A stretch of 64,000 nt of DNA from an uncultured delta proteobacterium (GTDB taxonomy: Bacteria > Desulfobacterota > Binatia > UBA9968). Under the pieces are notes generated by a model. That model made no database searches, had not been told where the DNA came from, and saw only the letters and a program-made list of their open reading frames with translations. Of the stretch, positions 9,734 through 20,827 are shown piece after piece. Numbering within the stretch: the first letter of the stretch is position 1; every line of letters begins with the position of its first letter. The stretch is from positions 224,001-288,000 of the forward strand of contig CAVWLW010000033.1 in NCBI GenBank assembly GCA_963755715.1. Direction: 5' to 3'. The position numbers were made by a program, and so were the translations under genes.

Positions 9734-10720
9734 CTAGACAAAAATCGCCTTGGGAATCATTCCGTGGATCCCTTTTGTACCGTTCACCACTTGAGTTACG
9801 TGATAATCCACCGCAACACTGGCGATCATGTAGGCCTCTTCTCTTGTCAGATGCGGAAATCGCTCTACAATAAAGTCGATAGTTTCGCGCACGGCCATCT
9901 TCATCGCCTCATCGAAGTTCGAATTTAGCCCCATAACGATCCAGTGGGTGGCGGTTTCCGCGCGGGGCCATCTGAGTTGCATATCCTTGCGGACAAAAAA
10001 CTGGAATCGGCCTCTAAGCCCGGTCTCAATCGCATTCAGATCAACTTCACCGTGGCCTTGGGCGGCGTGACCGTCTCCAGCTGAAAAGAGCCCGCCTCGA
10101 ACATGGATTGGCATATAGAGAACGGTGCCCGTGCCGAGGTCTTTGATGTCGATATTCCCAGTATGCACGCCAGGGGGAGCGGTGCTTACACGTCCCATGC
10201 TGGGATGAGGGGCTACGCCCATCGTGCCAAAGAACGGTTTGTTCACGGGGACAACAACCCCTTTAGCCACGTCAGCTGTCTTCTTGTGCCGGTCGATGGG
10301 AATGACTCGTTGCCAGAAGCGAGTGAAATCGTCGGGCAAAGCACCCGTAGAAGGGCGCTGCCTGTTGTAACCGTAGCTGTACGCTAGCTCGACCTCCAAA
10401 ATCTGCACCTCAAGCACGTCGCCAGGCTCGGCTCCGTTGACGTAAACCGGCCCCACCATAATGTGAGGCCCCGGACCGCGGTCCTTTACCTCCCGATAGA
10501 TCGCACGGTAGTCCTCCGGGATCTCGCTCGCCGCGAAGCCGGCGCGCTCGGCTTCCGACGGGTCCAACCTCGGCACGTCTTCAATAATGACGACATCACC
10601 GGAATCGACGGTTAGCGCCGGCTTGACCGCGGCGCTGAAATAGCCCCAGTGCACATTCGTCGGATTGGCTTTAATCTCATAGATGTTGTGTGGCTGAATC
10701 TGAGCTTCACTTCGGGCCAT
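9734..10720 (-). CDS. Acetamidase/formamidase family protein
   Basis: GPH..GP.YV.GAEPGDVL, GNID, GDGHAAQGHGE motifs. Confidence 0.92.
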   Translation of the reverse strand: MARSEAQIQPHNIYEIKANPTNVHWGYFSAAVKPALTVDSGDVVIIEDVPRLDPSEAERAGFAASEIPEDYRAIYREVKDRGPGPHIMVGPVYVNGAEPGDVLEVQILEVELAYSYGYNRQRPSTGALPDDFTRFWQRVIPIDRHKKTADVAKGVVVPVNKPFFGTMGVAPHPSMGRVSTAPPGVHTGNIDIKDLGTGTVLYMPIHVRGGLFSAGDGHAAQGHGEVDLNAIETGLRGRFQFFVRKDMQLRWPRAETATHWIVMGLNSNFDEAMKMAVRETIDFIVERFPHLTREEAYMIASVAVDYHVTQVVNGTKGIHGMIPKAIFV

Positions 10721-10872
10721 CTAATCCTCCTGGGGCTTTACAGCATCTAGCGCATCACGATGATTTTTTTCGGGCTCGACAAACTCGCTTTTTCAATTTC
10801 AATACGGCTGGGAATGGCTGATGTCAAACTCAATTTTTTCTCAGCGAGGCGCCGCTAGGAGATCCGCTTTGT

Positions 10873-11904
10873 TCAAGAGTCCTTGGGCACCAAAAGTTCT
10901 CTTAATTTTCCTACCAGAGTTGGGCTGAGAGTGAAAAAGTCCCGTACAATGTTTTCCAATTCCCTGGCATATATAGGGTTGATTGCCAAGTTGGATTTCT
11001 TTGCCTCGGACAAGAAGTCCGGATCTTTCATAGTTGCGACAAAGGCATCCTGTAGCAGTTTGACTCGATCCTTTGGCGTCCCTGGTGGGAGCGAATAGGG
11101 CTGAGTGATCACAGCGGGATCGATGATCCCTGTCTTGATCAATTGACGGGCTTCATCGTTTTTGGCTAAGTCGAGAGCATTGGGCACGCCCAATAGCTCA
11201 GCATGCTTCTGCGCTGCCGCTTGTATTACGACTTTCACGTCTCCGGAAGCTAACTGTTGGCTCCAATTTACTTTCATCGTCTCCCAGGGCCAACAGCCGC
11301 CTGCTACCTCGCGGGCGTCTGCCGCCAATCGGATCTCAGCGGTGCCTTTATATCCTTCAACGAGTTGTATAGGGAGATTTAGAACCGCCTTCAGGACTCT
11401 GGGAATATCGGAGGTGGAAGCCCCAGGGGCAATGCCGCCTATTTTGACGGGCGTCGTCGCCACAAGCCAACTGTCAACGCTCGTGATACCGCTTGCCTTA
11501 GTCAAGGCACAGACGGGACTGTCGGGTTTTGGGGTTCCGATCCATTCAAATCTTCGGGCATCGAACTCAATTCCCTTCGTGCCAAGAACCTGCTGCAAGA
11601 CCAGCAACCCAATCCAGTTGCCGATAGTCAGGCCATCGGGCTTAGCGATATTGTAGAGGTAGTTGGCCGCAATCATCATTCCGGCTCCGGGCATGTAGTC
11701 AATATTAATTGTAGGGTTGCCAGGGATGTGTTTCCCCATGTGGCGCGAGATCGCACGAGAATAAGCGTCGAAGCCTCCTCCTGGTGGAGTACCAAGGACA
11801 ATGCGAATGACTTTGCCCTTAAAGAATTCTTGGGCTGTTGCCGTCGATGTAAAGAAGGCAAAGCACAAGATACTCATATACAGCAATGGGCGTCGGCAGA
11901 TCAT
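10873..11904 (-). CDS. Bug/TctC-family tripartite tricarboxylate transporter substrate-binding protein (orphan)
   Basis: PGGGFD, MPGAG, PDGLT, GYKG, PPGTPKDR motifs. Confidence 0.9.
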   Translation of the reverse strand: MICRRPLLYMSILCFAFFTSTATAQEFFKGKVIRIVLGTPPGGGFDAYSRAISRHMGKHIPGNPTINIDYMPGAGMMIAANYLYNIAKPDGLTIGNWIGLLVLQQVLGTKGIEFDARRFEWIGTPKPDSPVCALTKASGITSVDSWLVATTPVKIGGIAPGASTSDIPRVLKAVLNLPIQLVEGYKGTAEIRLAADAREVAGGCWPWETMKVNWSQQLASGDVKVVIQAAAQKHAELLGVPNALDLAKNDEARQLIKTGIIDPAVITQPYSLPPGTPKDRVKLLQDAFVATMKDPDFLSEAKKSNLAINPIYARELENIVRDFFTLSPTLVGKLRELLVPKDS

Positions 11905-12129
11905 GACGTTCCCCCTTAGGATTCAAGCGAATTAGTTAGCGCCAGCTGAACGCGCTGCAGCTTAGATAAAATAAAAATATTCGACAATAGCAACTTCGGC
12001 GTTATTTCTCTGAGGATTATTCTCTTAGAGGAATCTCCGAGCGCGGTCTTTACCTAGAATCGACTGAAGCCTCAGGAGAAATTCCAGCGGGCACAAAACT
12101 AACTATCTTGCGTGAGCGTTTCGTCCCCT

Positions 12130-13128
12130 TCACACTGTTACGGAGTCCTCGTGCGATCTCAAAAAATTCTCCCACGCGGAACGTGACGGGGCGACTTTTT
12201 CCTGTAGCTTCTGCTTGCCGCCTTCGCTCATTGGTGTGAAGTTGAGCGCCGCTTGGACGTTTTGTTCGAGCGGCGCGAGTTGTTCGCAGCCGATGATGAC
12301 GCTAGCGACCGGTTGGCTCAAGTTGAACTGCAAAAGCTCGGCGGGGGAGGCGCGACCGGCACCGCTGCCGACGAGCATGCCTTGGCCCATGACTTTCATC
12401 GACAGGATGCCCACGTTTTTCTGCAGCGCTACCGGCAGAGCGGATTGTTCGAAGGCGGGGATCGGTTCCATTTTGCGCTGGGCGACGGGGTTGGCGGATT
12501 GGGCGGCGTTGAGCGACATCAAGACGGTGTCGAAGTCGTGGCGGCGCAAGGCTTCGGCCATGGCGGCGCCGTCGTTGTGGCCGGTGATGCCGATGAAGCG
12601 GACGACTTTCTGTTTTTTCAATTCCTGTATTGCCGCGAGCACGCCGTCGGGTTTGCCGATGCGTTCGAGGTCGTCGAGATTGTTCAAGCTGTGGATCTGA
12701 ATCAGATCCACGTAATCGCTTTGCAAGTACTTTAAACTCGTTTCCACCGAACGGAGCGCGCCGTCACGGTCTCGTGGGTCGATCTTGGTAGCGAGGAAGA
12801 TTTCTTTCCGCCGCGTCTTTAGAAATTCGCCCAGCCGCTTTTCGCTCAATCTTTCGATTGGACGCCGTGTGTACGAACCTGCGGTGTCGAAATAATTGAT
12901 GCCGAAGTCAAACGCTTTCTCCAATAGTGCCTGAGCGGCGTCTTCGTTTTCGATGGAGCAGAAGCGCGTGCCGGAGCCGAAGCCGATGCAGGAAACCATC
13001 TCGCCAGTCTTGCCCAGGCGGCGCTTCGGCAGTGAGCTCGCCGCGCCCCATGATTGTTCCGCCGCGCCGAGCACGACGGCGGCGGTGGTGGTTTTCAGAA
13101 ATTCGCGACGGGACCAACGTGTTTTCAT
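12130..13128 (-). CDS. Aldo/keto reductase with Tat signal peptide
   Basis: SRREFLK Tat motif; INYFDTA..Y, FLATK and DLIQIH catalytic motifs; RBS before ATG 13128. Confidence 0.92.
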   Translation of the reverse strand: MKTRWSRREFLKTTTAAVVLGAAEQSWGAASSLPKRRLGKTGEMVSCIGFGSGTRFCSIENEDAAQALLEKAFDFGINYFDTAGSYTRRPIERLSEKRLGEFLKTRRKEIFLATKIDPRDRDGALRSVETSLKYLQSDYVDLIQIHSLNNLDDLERIGKPDGVLAAIQELKKQKVVRFIGITGHNDGAAMAEALRRHDFDTVLMSLNAAQSANPVAQRKMEPIPAFEQSALPVALQKNVGILSMKVMGQGMLVGSGAGRASPAELLQFNLSQPVASVIIGCEQLAPLEQNVQAALNFTPMSEGGKQKLQEKVAPSRSAWENFLRSHEDSVTV

Positions 13129-13438
13129 AGTGGCTCCTTTCTGGTTGCGCAGCGAGATTTTATCACGGCCATCATAACCCAATTCGCAGTCTCGCTGTCA
13201 ATCCTCATGATTACGCTCTTTCGCTGAGTATCGGCCCGGCCGATCCAATGAATATCTAAGCCGCGACGCTGAGCGCCGGGAGAAAAGTCGCGATGCATCG
13301 TTCGCCGGGCTTTCGTGGGTGGCTCATGTTTCGCCACAATTTGCTATGTCCAAATTGACGCGCCACGACGTTGTCGAATTTTAAGCAGGTACTGCTCCTT
13401 TGGATGAGTGAAACTACAGCAACCAGGAGGTACAAGGG

Positions 13439-14360
13439 TCAGTTTTGATGACGTTGCTCGATCGCCAACTTTTCGACGAGCGCATTCTTTACCAATTCTA
13501 CGTTGGTATTTGGAGAATGGCGATGCGCTTCGACGATCATGAGCTGGGTGTTCGGTAAGCCGCCCTCTTTGATTGTGAGAATTTTCAGAGATTTTCTTCG
13601 GACTTCGTCCTTCACCGTAAAATGCGGCAAGACCGTGACGCCAACGCCCGCGCGCGCAGCTTCTTTCCTCGCCCGAAGATTACTTATCGCCATGCCGTTC
13701 GCCGGTAAGGGAAAGTGATACTTCTCCAACGCATCGTCGAGCACGACGGGAAAGTCAATACATTTCTTACACGTGGATAAAAGGCACGGTCTGAAGCTCG
13801 CTCGGGAAACCATCTTTTGTTCGTCAAATCCGATCTGTCGAAGCGATAACGAAGCTGATAGCCGCTCAGATCTGGCGGCACGATGACGATCGATCCACTC
13901 GGCGCGCTGTCCGCCAGCAAGACGGCGAGATCAAGGCTGCCTTGTTGAAGAGACTCGTAGGTAATCGCTCGAGCTTGCGACAGGAACGTCAATTTTAACT
14001 TGGGAAATTGTTTTGAGATGCTGCCAATCACTTCCGGCAAAACATAAATTCCCACGGAGCGGGTCGCGCGATGTGTACTTCCTCCAAATTGCGATTTTTG
14101 AGCGCCAGCAAAGCACCTTGTATGGCGTCGGTTTGAGCAATGACCTCGTGCGCGAAATCGAGAAACAATTCTCCTTCTTTGGTGAGTCTGAATTGGCGCT
14201 GCGATCGCTCGATGAACTTAGATCCGGCTTGTTCTTCGAGCTTGGCGATTTGAGTGCTGATCGCGGCCTGCGACTTGTGCACGCGTGCGGTTGCGCGGCT
14301 GAAGCTCTTGCATGCGCAGACCGCTATCAAGGTCCGAAGATAGTCAGTCGTCAGGTCCAT
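13439..14360 (-). CDS. LysR-family transcriptional regulator, split by frameshifts
   Basis: HTH SFSRATARVHKSQAAISTQIAKLEE in 14028..14360; substrate-domain pieces in 13684..14055 and 13439..13813. Confidence 0.85.
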
Positions 14361-14585
14361 AACGGAAACGAATCATAGTATCAAAACAATTTATTTGACA
14401 AGGATTGAAATCCTGGCAAGAGGCGTTGAGGAAAGCTTTGCGAAGTGGAGGGCAGGAGCAAGTCAACCAAAATAAAAACTAAAATCAGGAGGCTAACATG
14501 AAAGACCCTGATCCGTAGGTAACTATTTCATGATGTGATTTTGCCAGATCTGCTTTACGGCAATCTAAAGACATAGCGAGAAAGG

Positions 14586-15008
14586 GTGGCCATGTTGAAA
14601 TCCGTATGCGTGCTCTTCGCGGTATTGTTGGTCGCGCCGCTGGCCTCCGCGGAAGTCTTCAAATGTGTGGGAAAATATGGCGAGGCTCTCTATCAGAATT
14701 TTCCCTGCCAGTTTGTGTCGATGGGCGGGATGCCAATGGATACTCCGGGCCCAAAGGAATTACCCGCGGACGTCCCGGGGGCAAAGAAATCACCCACGGA
14801 TGTCTCCGGCGCAAAGAAATCACCCACTGCGTCCGCAGCGCCGCGCGCCGGCATGACGGGCGACGAAGTCAGAGCCATTTGGGGAGAGCCCACGGAGATC
14901 ATTCAGGAGGAGCCGGGCGAAGGTAGTCGCTTCGAGGTCTGGTCATATGGTGACTCTCGCTCCGTGCGCTTTGATCGCAAAAGGCGCGTGTCCTCCGTAC
15001 AAAAGTAG
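14586..15008 (+). CDS. DUF4124-like exported protein with C-terminal SmpA/BamE-like small domain
   Basis: Signal peptide, AEVFKC...YQNFPC, low-complexity linker, GMTGDEVRAIWGEP...W.YG. Confidence 0.75.
   Translation: MAMLKSVCVLFAVLLVAPLASAEVFKCVGKYGEALYQNFPCQFVSMGGMPMDTPGPKELPADVPGAKKSPTDVSGAKKSPTASAAPRAGMTGDEVRAIWGEPTEIIQEEPGEGSRFEVWSYGDSRSVRFDRKRRVSSVQK
14733..14831 (+). repeat. Coding tandem repeat, ~3.3 x 30 bp
   Basis: Encodes PMDTPGPKEL/PADVPGAKKS/PTDVSGAKKS/PTA; units 14763-14792 and 14793-14822 nearly identical. Confidence 0.85.
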
Positions 15009-15150
15009 AATGTGGCGCTCGGGAGGATTGGTCGCGCCTCAAACAAAGCGAGCGATCCGCTCATACAGGCCGCTATCCTTTAGGATTACGTTAAGCAGAA
15101 GCACGGGGGTTGTCTATCGTATCAAAAGCTGAGGTGAAAGGAATAGTCAA

Positions 15151-16789
15151 ATGAAACGACATCCATGCAATACGCAAAGGCGCGTACTGCGCACAGCAAT
15201 ATTCGCGGCTAGTTTGGCCATTCTGGCATTCGGCGGCAACGCACTGGCGGCCAGTGTAAGCCAAAGCGGCGAGCAGAAGAACATGCGTCGCGTGGGGCAT
15301 ACCGACCTGCAAGGGCGGCCTGGCTACCAACCGAACGTTATTCAGTACCCGGATGGAAGATTCATTGCATTCGCCGGCACGCACAGCAATATTCCGGTAA
15401 CCAAACCGGGCTTTACTTTTTTGCCGAACCCGCTGAACAACAATACGGATGAGCCGAACGGAACGATGATCATTGACGTCACCGATCCGAGTAATACGAA
15501 GGAGATGTCCCATATTCCGGTTCCGGTCGCCGGCGGCCAGGCGCAAATGGCGCGGATGTGCCTGGGCTCCGACCTGAACGAGGACCTACGGGGCAAGGTT
15601 TATTTGATGCGCAACATCCAGGGCAATACCGCCCAAATGTCCGGCTACGAAGTCTGGGACGTGACCGATATCAAAAAGCCGGTGCTCGCGTCGGCGCTGC
15701 GGGGGATACGCTCCACGCACAAGCTCTGGTGGGAGTGCGACACCGGCATCGCCTACATGCCGGGCAGCAAGGACTCCGGGCCCTATGGCGTCAAGCGCAG
15801 TCGATGGTAATCGTCGACTGGCAAAACCCGCTACGCTCCTCCAATCTACCTCCGCACGTTCGGTTTGGTCGGTGCGGCAACCAGGCTCGACCGGTGCAGT
15901 GGCCACTTCGCTCCATGGTGCGATCTCGGCGCACGAACATCCTGATGCGGCTAACAAACTGGCCCGTGGGGCCACAGCCGACGACATCATCGGGAACCGC
16001 GTGTACGGGGCATGGGGCGTCGGCGACGATGGCGTGTTGACGATTCTGGACCGGAAGAAGCTCCTACCGCCGCTTAGTGGTGGTCGTGGCGGTAACGTAC
16101 ATGGGCGACCCTGACGCAGCCGACGGAAGCTGACTTGCTGGCTCCGCTGGCCGGGATTCTTTACATGTCCCCGACCAAGGCGGCCACACCTCGATGCCGG
16201 TGTTCGGGTTAAAACCGGCGAGCTATCAGAGCTTCACCGAGTTCCAGACGCGCGACATCGTGCTCTTGGCGTCGGAAGCGACGGCCGACCTGTGTGACGA
16301 GGCGCCGCACTGGAGCTTCGTCGTCGATGTGTCCGTGGAAAATTCGAAGTCCGCCCCTCCAGGCACCAGGGTGCAGCCGAATGTCTTTCAGGGACCCATG
16401 GTCCTGTAGACGATGTCGGTCGATCCGATTTGATGGCGATAAATATCCGCGCGGCAACTACTGCGCGCGTGGAGCGCGCTTCGGTATGCACTCGAGCGAG
16501 GAGAACTTCAATAATCCGTTGTACGGTAAGCTGACGGCGATCGCGCTACTTCACGGGGGGCGTGCGGATTTGGGACATCCGCGAGCCGCAGGCCCCGGTC
16601 GAAGTCGCGTTTTACGTACCTGAGTCCAACGCCAACACCAATCCCGACGGTTACATGACCAACAACGTCGAGATCGACGATCGTGGCTTTATCTACGTGG
16701 TCGATCGTAATGGCGCAGGGTTCGACATCCTGCAGCTGACAGGAAAGGCGCTCGACATCGCCTTCCCGGCGGCACGGCCACTCAGGTAG
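15151..16789 (+). CDS. LVIVD-repeat beta-propeller secreted protein, multiply frameshifted
   Basis: NMRRVGHTDLQGR, IIDVTDP, WDVTD, RFGMHS, RIWDIREP and YVVDRNGAG pieces across ORFs 15151..15810, 15785..16114, 16194..16409, 16294..16623 and 16562..16789. Confidence 0.8.
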
Positions 16790-16806
16790 ACTGCATTGGC
16801 TAACGC

Positions 16807-16842
16807 ACACAGGGCACGCGAGAATGGCGTGCCCTGTGTTTT
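16807..16842 (+). terminator. Probable intrinsic terminator
   Basis: 13-bp perfect stem ACACAGGGCACGC/GCGTGCCCTGTGT, 7-nt loop, short T tract, 18 nt after the LVIVD stop. Confidence 0.7.
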
Positions 16843-16923
16843 GCTTTCGTGCATCGTGCGAGCGGCTTTGTGCGGCTCTTCGTCGCATGATCGTCGATGC
16901 ACGCAGAAACGAGCGAGCTCATT

Positions 16924-17323
16924 ATGAAAGGACTTTTATTTACGCTGTTCTGTGGCGCCGTCCTGATGACACTGGCAGCGCCGGCGATGTCTCACGACTG
17001 CAGGGTGCGGGATGCTTACCTTCGCGGTGCTTATGAAGGTGACTGCGACGAACGCACCGAGATGGCGCAAGGGAAGGGCGAAGCCAAGGGAGCCGACATG
17101 TATGTCGGTGACTTCGTCAAGGGCAAACCGACCGGGAAAGGCCTCTATACTATGGGAGAACGGCGCGCGCCTGGACGGAAGCTTTAAGGAAGGCAAAGCC
17201 CATGGCCCAGGAGTCTACGTGAGCGCCAAGGGTATGCGCTACGAAGGACAATTCGTCAATGGCAAGCTGGAAGGATTGAAGATCGCCGATTGTCCTTCAA
17301 CGCCCGGGCCGCTCAGCTGCTGA
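16924..17323 (+). CDS. Small exported MORN-repeat protein, frameshifted
   Basis: YEGDC, YVGDFVKGKPTGKG, GSFKEGKAHGPG and YEGQFVNGK repeats across ORFs 16897..17187 and 17012..17323. Confidence 0.8.
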
Positions 17324-17621
17324 GATTGTGTTCGCCGACCGATATTGAGCAATGCCAAACGATTGACGCCGGCAACCAAGAAAAAATTTCTAGGCAAAGA
17401 AAATTAAAAGAGATGATCAACAGACTGCGAGGTACAAACAATAATGCTCTCATGACCAGCTGGCGCGGCTGAACCAGGCGGGACTGGACGCGGGTGTGCC
17501 GGCGCCGCATGGGACAGGGTGCGGACAAGACCACCACAAAGTTCTGCCACATCGATAAAAAGCAGTAAGAAAGAACTTTCACTGTGGACTAAAGGGGAAA
17601 GATGTGGGTTTTTCTTCCTTT

Positions 17622-17668
17622 GATCCTTCGAGGGCATAATGTTATGAACGTTATGCCCTCGAAGGATC
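17622..17668. repeat. Long near-perfect palindrome
   Basis: GATCCTTCGAGGGCATAA...TTATGCCCTCGAAGGATC, 18-bp perfect arms extended by T-G and GTT/AAC pairs. Confidence 0.85.
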
Positions 17669-17830
17669 GACTTTCGCTAAATTCTATCCCACTCATCATC
17701 ATCACCAAGAAACCGAATAGGGTTTTTTTCTCTGGCTACTGGTGCCGGGGGTTGCGGGCATGCCAGTATTTTTGATAGAGGGCTGCTTCTATCGTGACTG
17801 CTACGGAGCCTCAATGACTGGCAACGGAGG

Positions 17831-18823
17831 GTGAGTTCAATGAAATTAAATTTTAACCGACTGTTGTTCTTAGCGCCAATGATTCTGTTCTCATGGCAGA
17901 CAGTTCAAGCGTGGGAACCCACCAAACCCATTGAGTTTGTCATACCGGCCGGCACCGGCGGCGGCGCCGATCAGATGGCGCGGCTGATCAGTGGCATCGC
18001 CGAAAAAAATAAGCTGTCGCCTCGGCCTTTGATCGCCATCAATAAATCGGGCGGCGCCGGGGCTGAGGGATTTCTCTACGTCAAGGAGAAAAAAGGCGAT
18101 CCGCATGTGATCATCATCACGCTGTCCAACCTTTTTACGACTCCACTGCACACCGGGGTGCCATTCAACTGGAAGGACTTAACGCCGATCGCGCGCATGG
18201 CCCTCGATCAGTTTATTCTGTGGGTGAACGCCGAAACGTCCTACAAGACCGCGAAGGAATATATCGCAGCTGTGAAGGCTCAATCGGCCGGAAGCAATAG
18301 AATGAAGATGGGTGGCACGGGCTCGGCGCAAGAAGATCAAATCATCACGATCCAGCTGGAACAGGCGTTGGGAGTCAAGTTTACGTACGTGCCATTTAAA
18401 GGCGGTGGCGAGGTCTGTGTGAATCTGGTCGGCAAGCACATCGATTCGACAGTCAATAATCCCGCCGAATGTGTGAGTCACTGGAAGGCGGGCCGCGTGC
18501 GACCGCTGGCAGTTTTCGACACCGCGCGAATTGCCGATGAGAATTGGAAAGGGATACCTACGATCAAGGAAGCGCTCGGCGCCGACATCCACTATCTCAT
18601 GCTGCGCGGCATCTTCGGCGCGCCCGGAATACCGAAAGATGCCGTGCAATGGTACATCGATTTTCTGAAAAAAGTTTACGATTCGGCAGAGTTCAAGAAA
18701 TATCTTTCCGAAGGCGCGCTGAAGCCCGCGTTTGCGACCGGCGATGAGTACGTCAAGTGGATCGAGGCCAACGAACAGCTCCATAAAGATTTGATGGCCA
18801 AGGGCGGATTGCTCAACAAGTGA
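17831..18823 (+). CDS. tctC: Tripartite tricarboxylate transporter substrate-binding protein
   Basis: PAGTGGGAD, NKSGGAG, VPFKGGGE motifs; first gene of the tctCBA operon. Confidence 0.93.
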   Translation: MSSMKLNFNRLLFLAPMILFSWQTVQAWEPTKPIEFVIPAGTGGGADQMARLISGIAEKNKLSPRPLIAINKSGGAGAEGFLYVKEKKGDPHVIIITLSNLFTTPLHTGVPFNWKDLTPIARMALDQFILWVNAETSYKTAKEYIAAVKAQSAGSNRMKMGGTGSAQEDQIITIQLEQALGVKFTYVPFKGGGEVCVNLVGKHIDSTVNNPAECVSHWKAGRVRPLAVFDTARIADENWKGIPTIKEALGADIHYLMLRGIFGAPGIPKDAVQWYIDFLKKVYDSAEFKKYLSEGALKPAFATGDEYVKWIEANEQLHKDLMAKGGLLNK

Positions 18824-18824
18824 G

Positions 18825-19286
18825 ATGCGCACCGCGGATTTCATCACCGCTGCTATTTTGCTGCTGTTGGGCGTCGTCGTTCTCTTCGATGCCATCCGCC
18901 TCGGTTTCGGTTGGGGCACAGATGGCCCAAAGAGCGGATTCTTCCCGTTTTGGCTGGCGCTCATTATGGTCGTGACTTGTGGATTAATTATTCTTCAGAC
19001 TTTGCGGCGACCGTCCGGTGAAACATTTGTCACGCGGCAACAGCTCGGTCCGGTCCTCAAAGTGATTTGGCCCGCAACGGCGATGGTGCTACTCACGCAT
19101 TTCGTCGGCCTGTATGTCGCCGCTGCCCTTTATATCGGCTTTTACATGCGCTGGGTCGGACGCCACTCCTGGTTTAGCGTAGTTGGAATTGCGGTTGCGG
19201 TCCCTGTTATCAGTTTCGTCATTTTTGAATTGTGGTTCTTGGTGCCGATGCCGAAGGGACCGCTCGAGAACTGGCTGGGCTACTGA
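18825..19286 (+). CDS. tctB: Tripartite tricarboxylate transporter small permease
   Basis: GPKSGFFP and FELWFLVPMPKG motifs; 4-5 TM. Confidence 0.9.
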   Translation: MRTADFITAAILLLLGVVVLFDAIRLGFGWGTDGPKSGFFPFWLALIMVVTCGLIILQTLRRPSGETFVTRQQLGPVLKVIWPATAMVLLTHFVGLYVAAALYIGFYMRWVGRHSWFSVVGIAVAVPVISFVIFELWFLVPMPKGPLENWLGY

Positions 19287-20806
19287 TGGGGCTGGAAAAT
19301 ATTTTTCTCGGGTTTGAGCAGGCACTGGCGCACCAGAACTTGCTTTATGCTGCCATCGGCATCACTCTTGGCACGATCATCGGCGTGCTTCCGGGCTTGG
19401 GCGGCGCAAACGGGGTCGCGATTTTGTTGCCGCTCACACTGCGCATGCCGCCGACCTCGGCGATCATCCTGCTCACATCTATTTATTGGGGAGCGCTGTT
19501 CGGCGGCGCCATCACTTCGGTGCTGTTCAACATCCCCGGCGAGCCGTGGTCCGTGGCGACCACGTTTGACGGTTACCCGCTGGCGCGACAGGGGAAAAGT
19601 GGCCAAGCGCTGACGGCTGCGTTCACTTCCTCGTTCATCGGGGCTCTGTTTGCAACCGTGCTCATCACTTTTTTTGCCCCTCTACTTGCCGACGTGGCGC
19701 TCAGATTCGGCCCGCCGGAAATATTTTCGATTCAACTGCTGACCTTCTCCGCGTTCGTTGGCCTGGGCGGAGGCAATCCTCTTAAAACCGTGGTCTCGAT
19801 CATGATCGGATTTATATTGGCTACGGTTGGTCTCGATATCGTCACTGGGCAGCTGCGCATGACGTTCGGCGTTACCTCGCTCATGCAGGGCTTTGATTTT
19901 ATCATAGCCGTCATCGGCCTCTTCGGGATCGGCGAGATCATGCTTTCCGTCGAGGAAGGGCTGAGCTTCAAAGGGGTCAGCAGCAAGATGAACCTCTTCG
20001 TGGTTCTGGAAACCTGGAAAATTTTGCCGCGCTATTGGCGCACATTCATGCGCAGTTGTCTCATCGGGTTTTGGATGGGCTTCAAACCTGGCGGCGCGAC
20101 TCCCGCTTCGTTCATGAGCTACTCCTTCGCAAAACGCTTCTCCAAAAACCCCGAAGAGTTCGGCAAGGGTGCACTGGAAGGCGTCGTCGCCCCGGAGACA
20201 GCAGCCCATGCCGCAGGTGTCGCGGCGATGCTGCCAATGATCACGCTGGGAATCCCGGGGTCGCCGACTGCGGCCGTGATGCTCGGCGGACTGATCATAT
20301 GGGGACTGCAACCCGGTCCATTGCTCTTCACGGAGAAGCCGGAGTTCGTCTGGGGACTAATCGCGAGCATGTACACCGGCAACATCCTCGGCGTGCTTAT
20401 GGTTCTGGCGTTCGTACCTTTTTTCGCGGCCATTCTGCGCATTCCATTTGCGATTCTCACGCCACTCATCGTCGTGCTCTGCGCTATCGGTTCGTACGCT
20501 GTGCACAACGCCATGATCGATGTTTGGTATATGCTGCTGTTCGGGGTGGTGGGATACGTTTTCAAGAAACTTGATTACCCATTGGCGCCTCTGGTCCTGG
20601 CGCTGGTCCTGGGTGATATGGCGGAGAACGCACTGCGGCAGAGCCTGATCATGTCGCAAGGATCATTGGCCATTTTTCTAAATCGACCGATCGCCGGAGT
20701 GATCACAGCCGTGGCCTTGTTATTTTTCATGATGCCCATCATCACGCCGTGGTGGCGGCGATTACGCGGACTGCCCGCGGCAACGCCGGCTCCTCGGGAA
20801 ATTTGA
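19286..20806 (+). CDS. tctA: Tripartite tricarboxylate transporter large permease
   Basis: GVLPGLG, NIPGE, DGYPLA, TLGIPGS, GLQPGP motifs; TGATG overlap with tctB. Confidence 0.95.
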   Translation: MGLENIFLGFEQALAHQNLLYAAIGITLGTIIGVLPGLGGANGVAILLPLTLRMPPTSAIILLTSIYWGALFGGAITSVLFNIPGEPWSVATTFDGYPLARQGKSGQALTAAFTSSFIGALFATVLITFFAPLLADVALRFGPPEIFSIQLLTFSAFVGLGGGNPLKTVVSIMIGFILATVGLDIVTGQLRMTFGVTSLMQGFDFIIAVIGLFGIGEIMLSVEEGLSFKGVSSKMNLFVVLETWKILPRYWRTFMRSCLIGFWMGFKPGGATPASFMSYSFAKRFSKNPEEFGKGALEGVVAPETAAHAAGVAAMLPMITLGIPGSPTAAVMLGGLIIWGLQPGPLLFTEKPEFVWGLIASMYTGNILGVLMVLAFVPFFAAILRIPFAILTPLIVVLCAIGSYAVHNAMIDVWYMLLFGVVGYVFKKLDYPLAPLVLALVLGDMAENALRQSLIMSQGSLAIFLNRPIAGVITAVALLFFMMPIITPWWRRLRGLPAATPAPREI

Positions 20807-20827
20807 TCGTCGCTTAGAGACTCGTCG

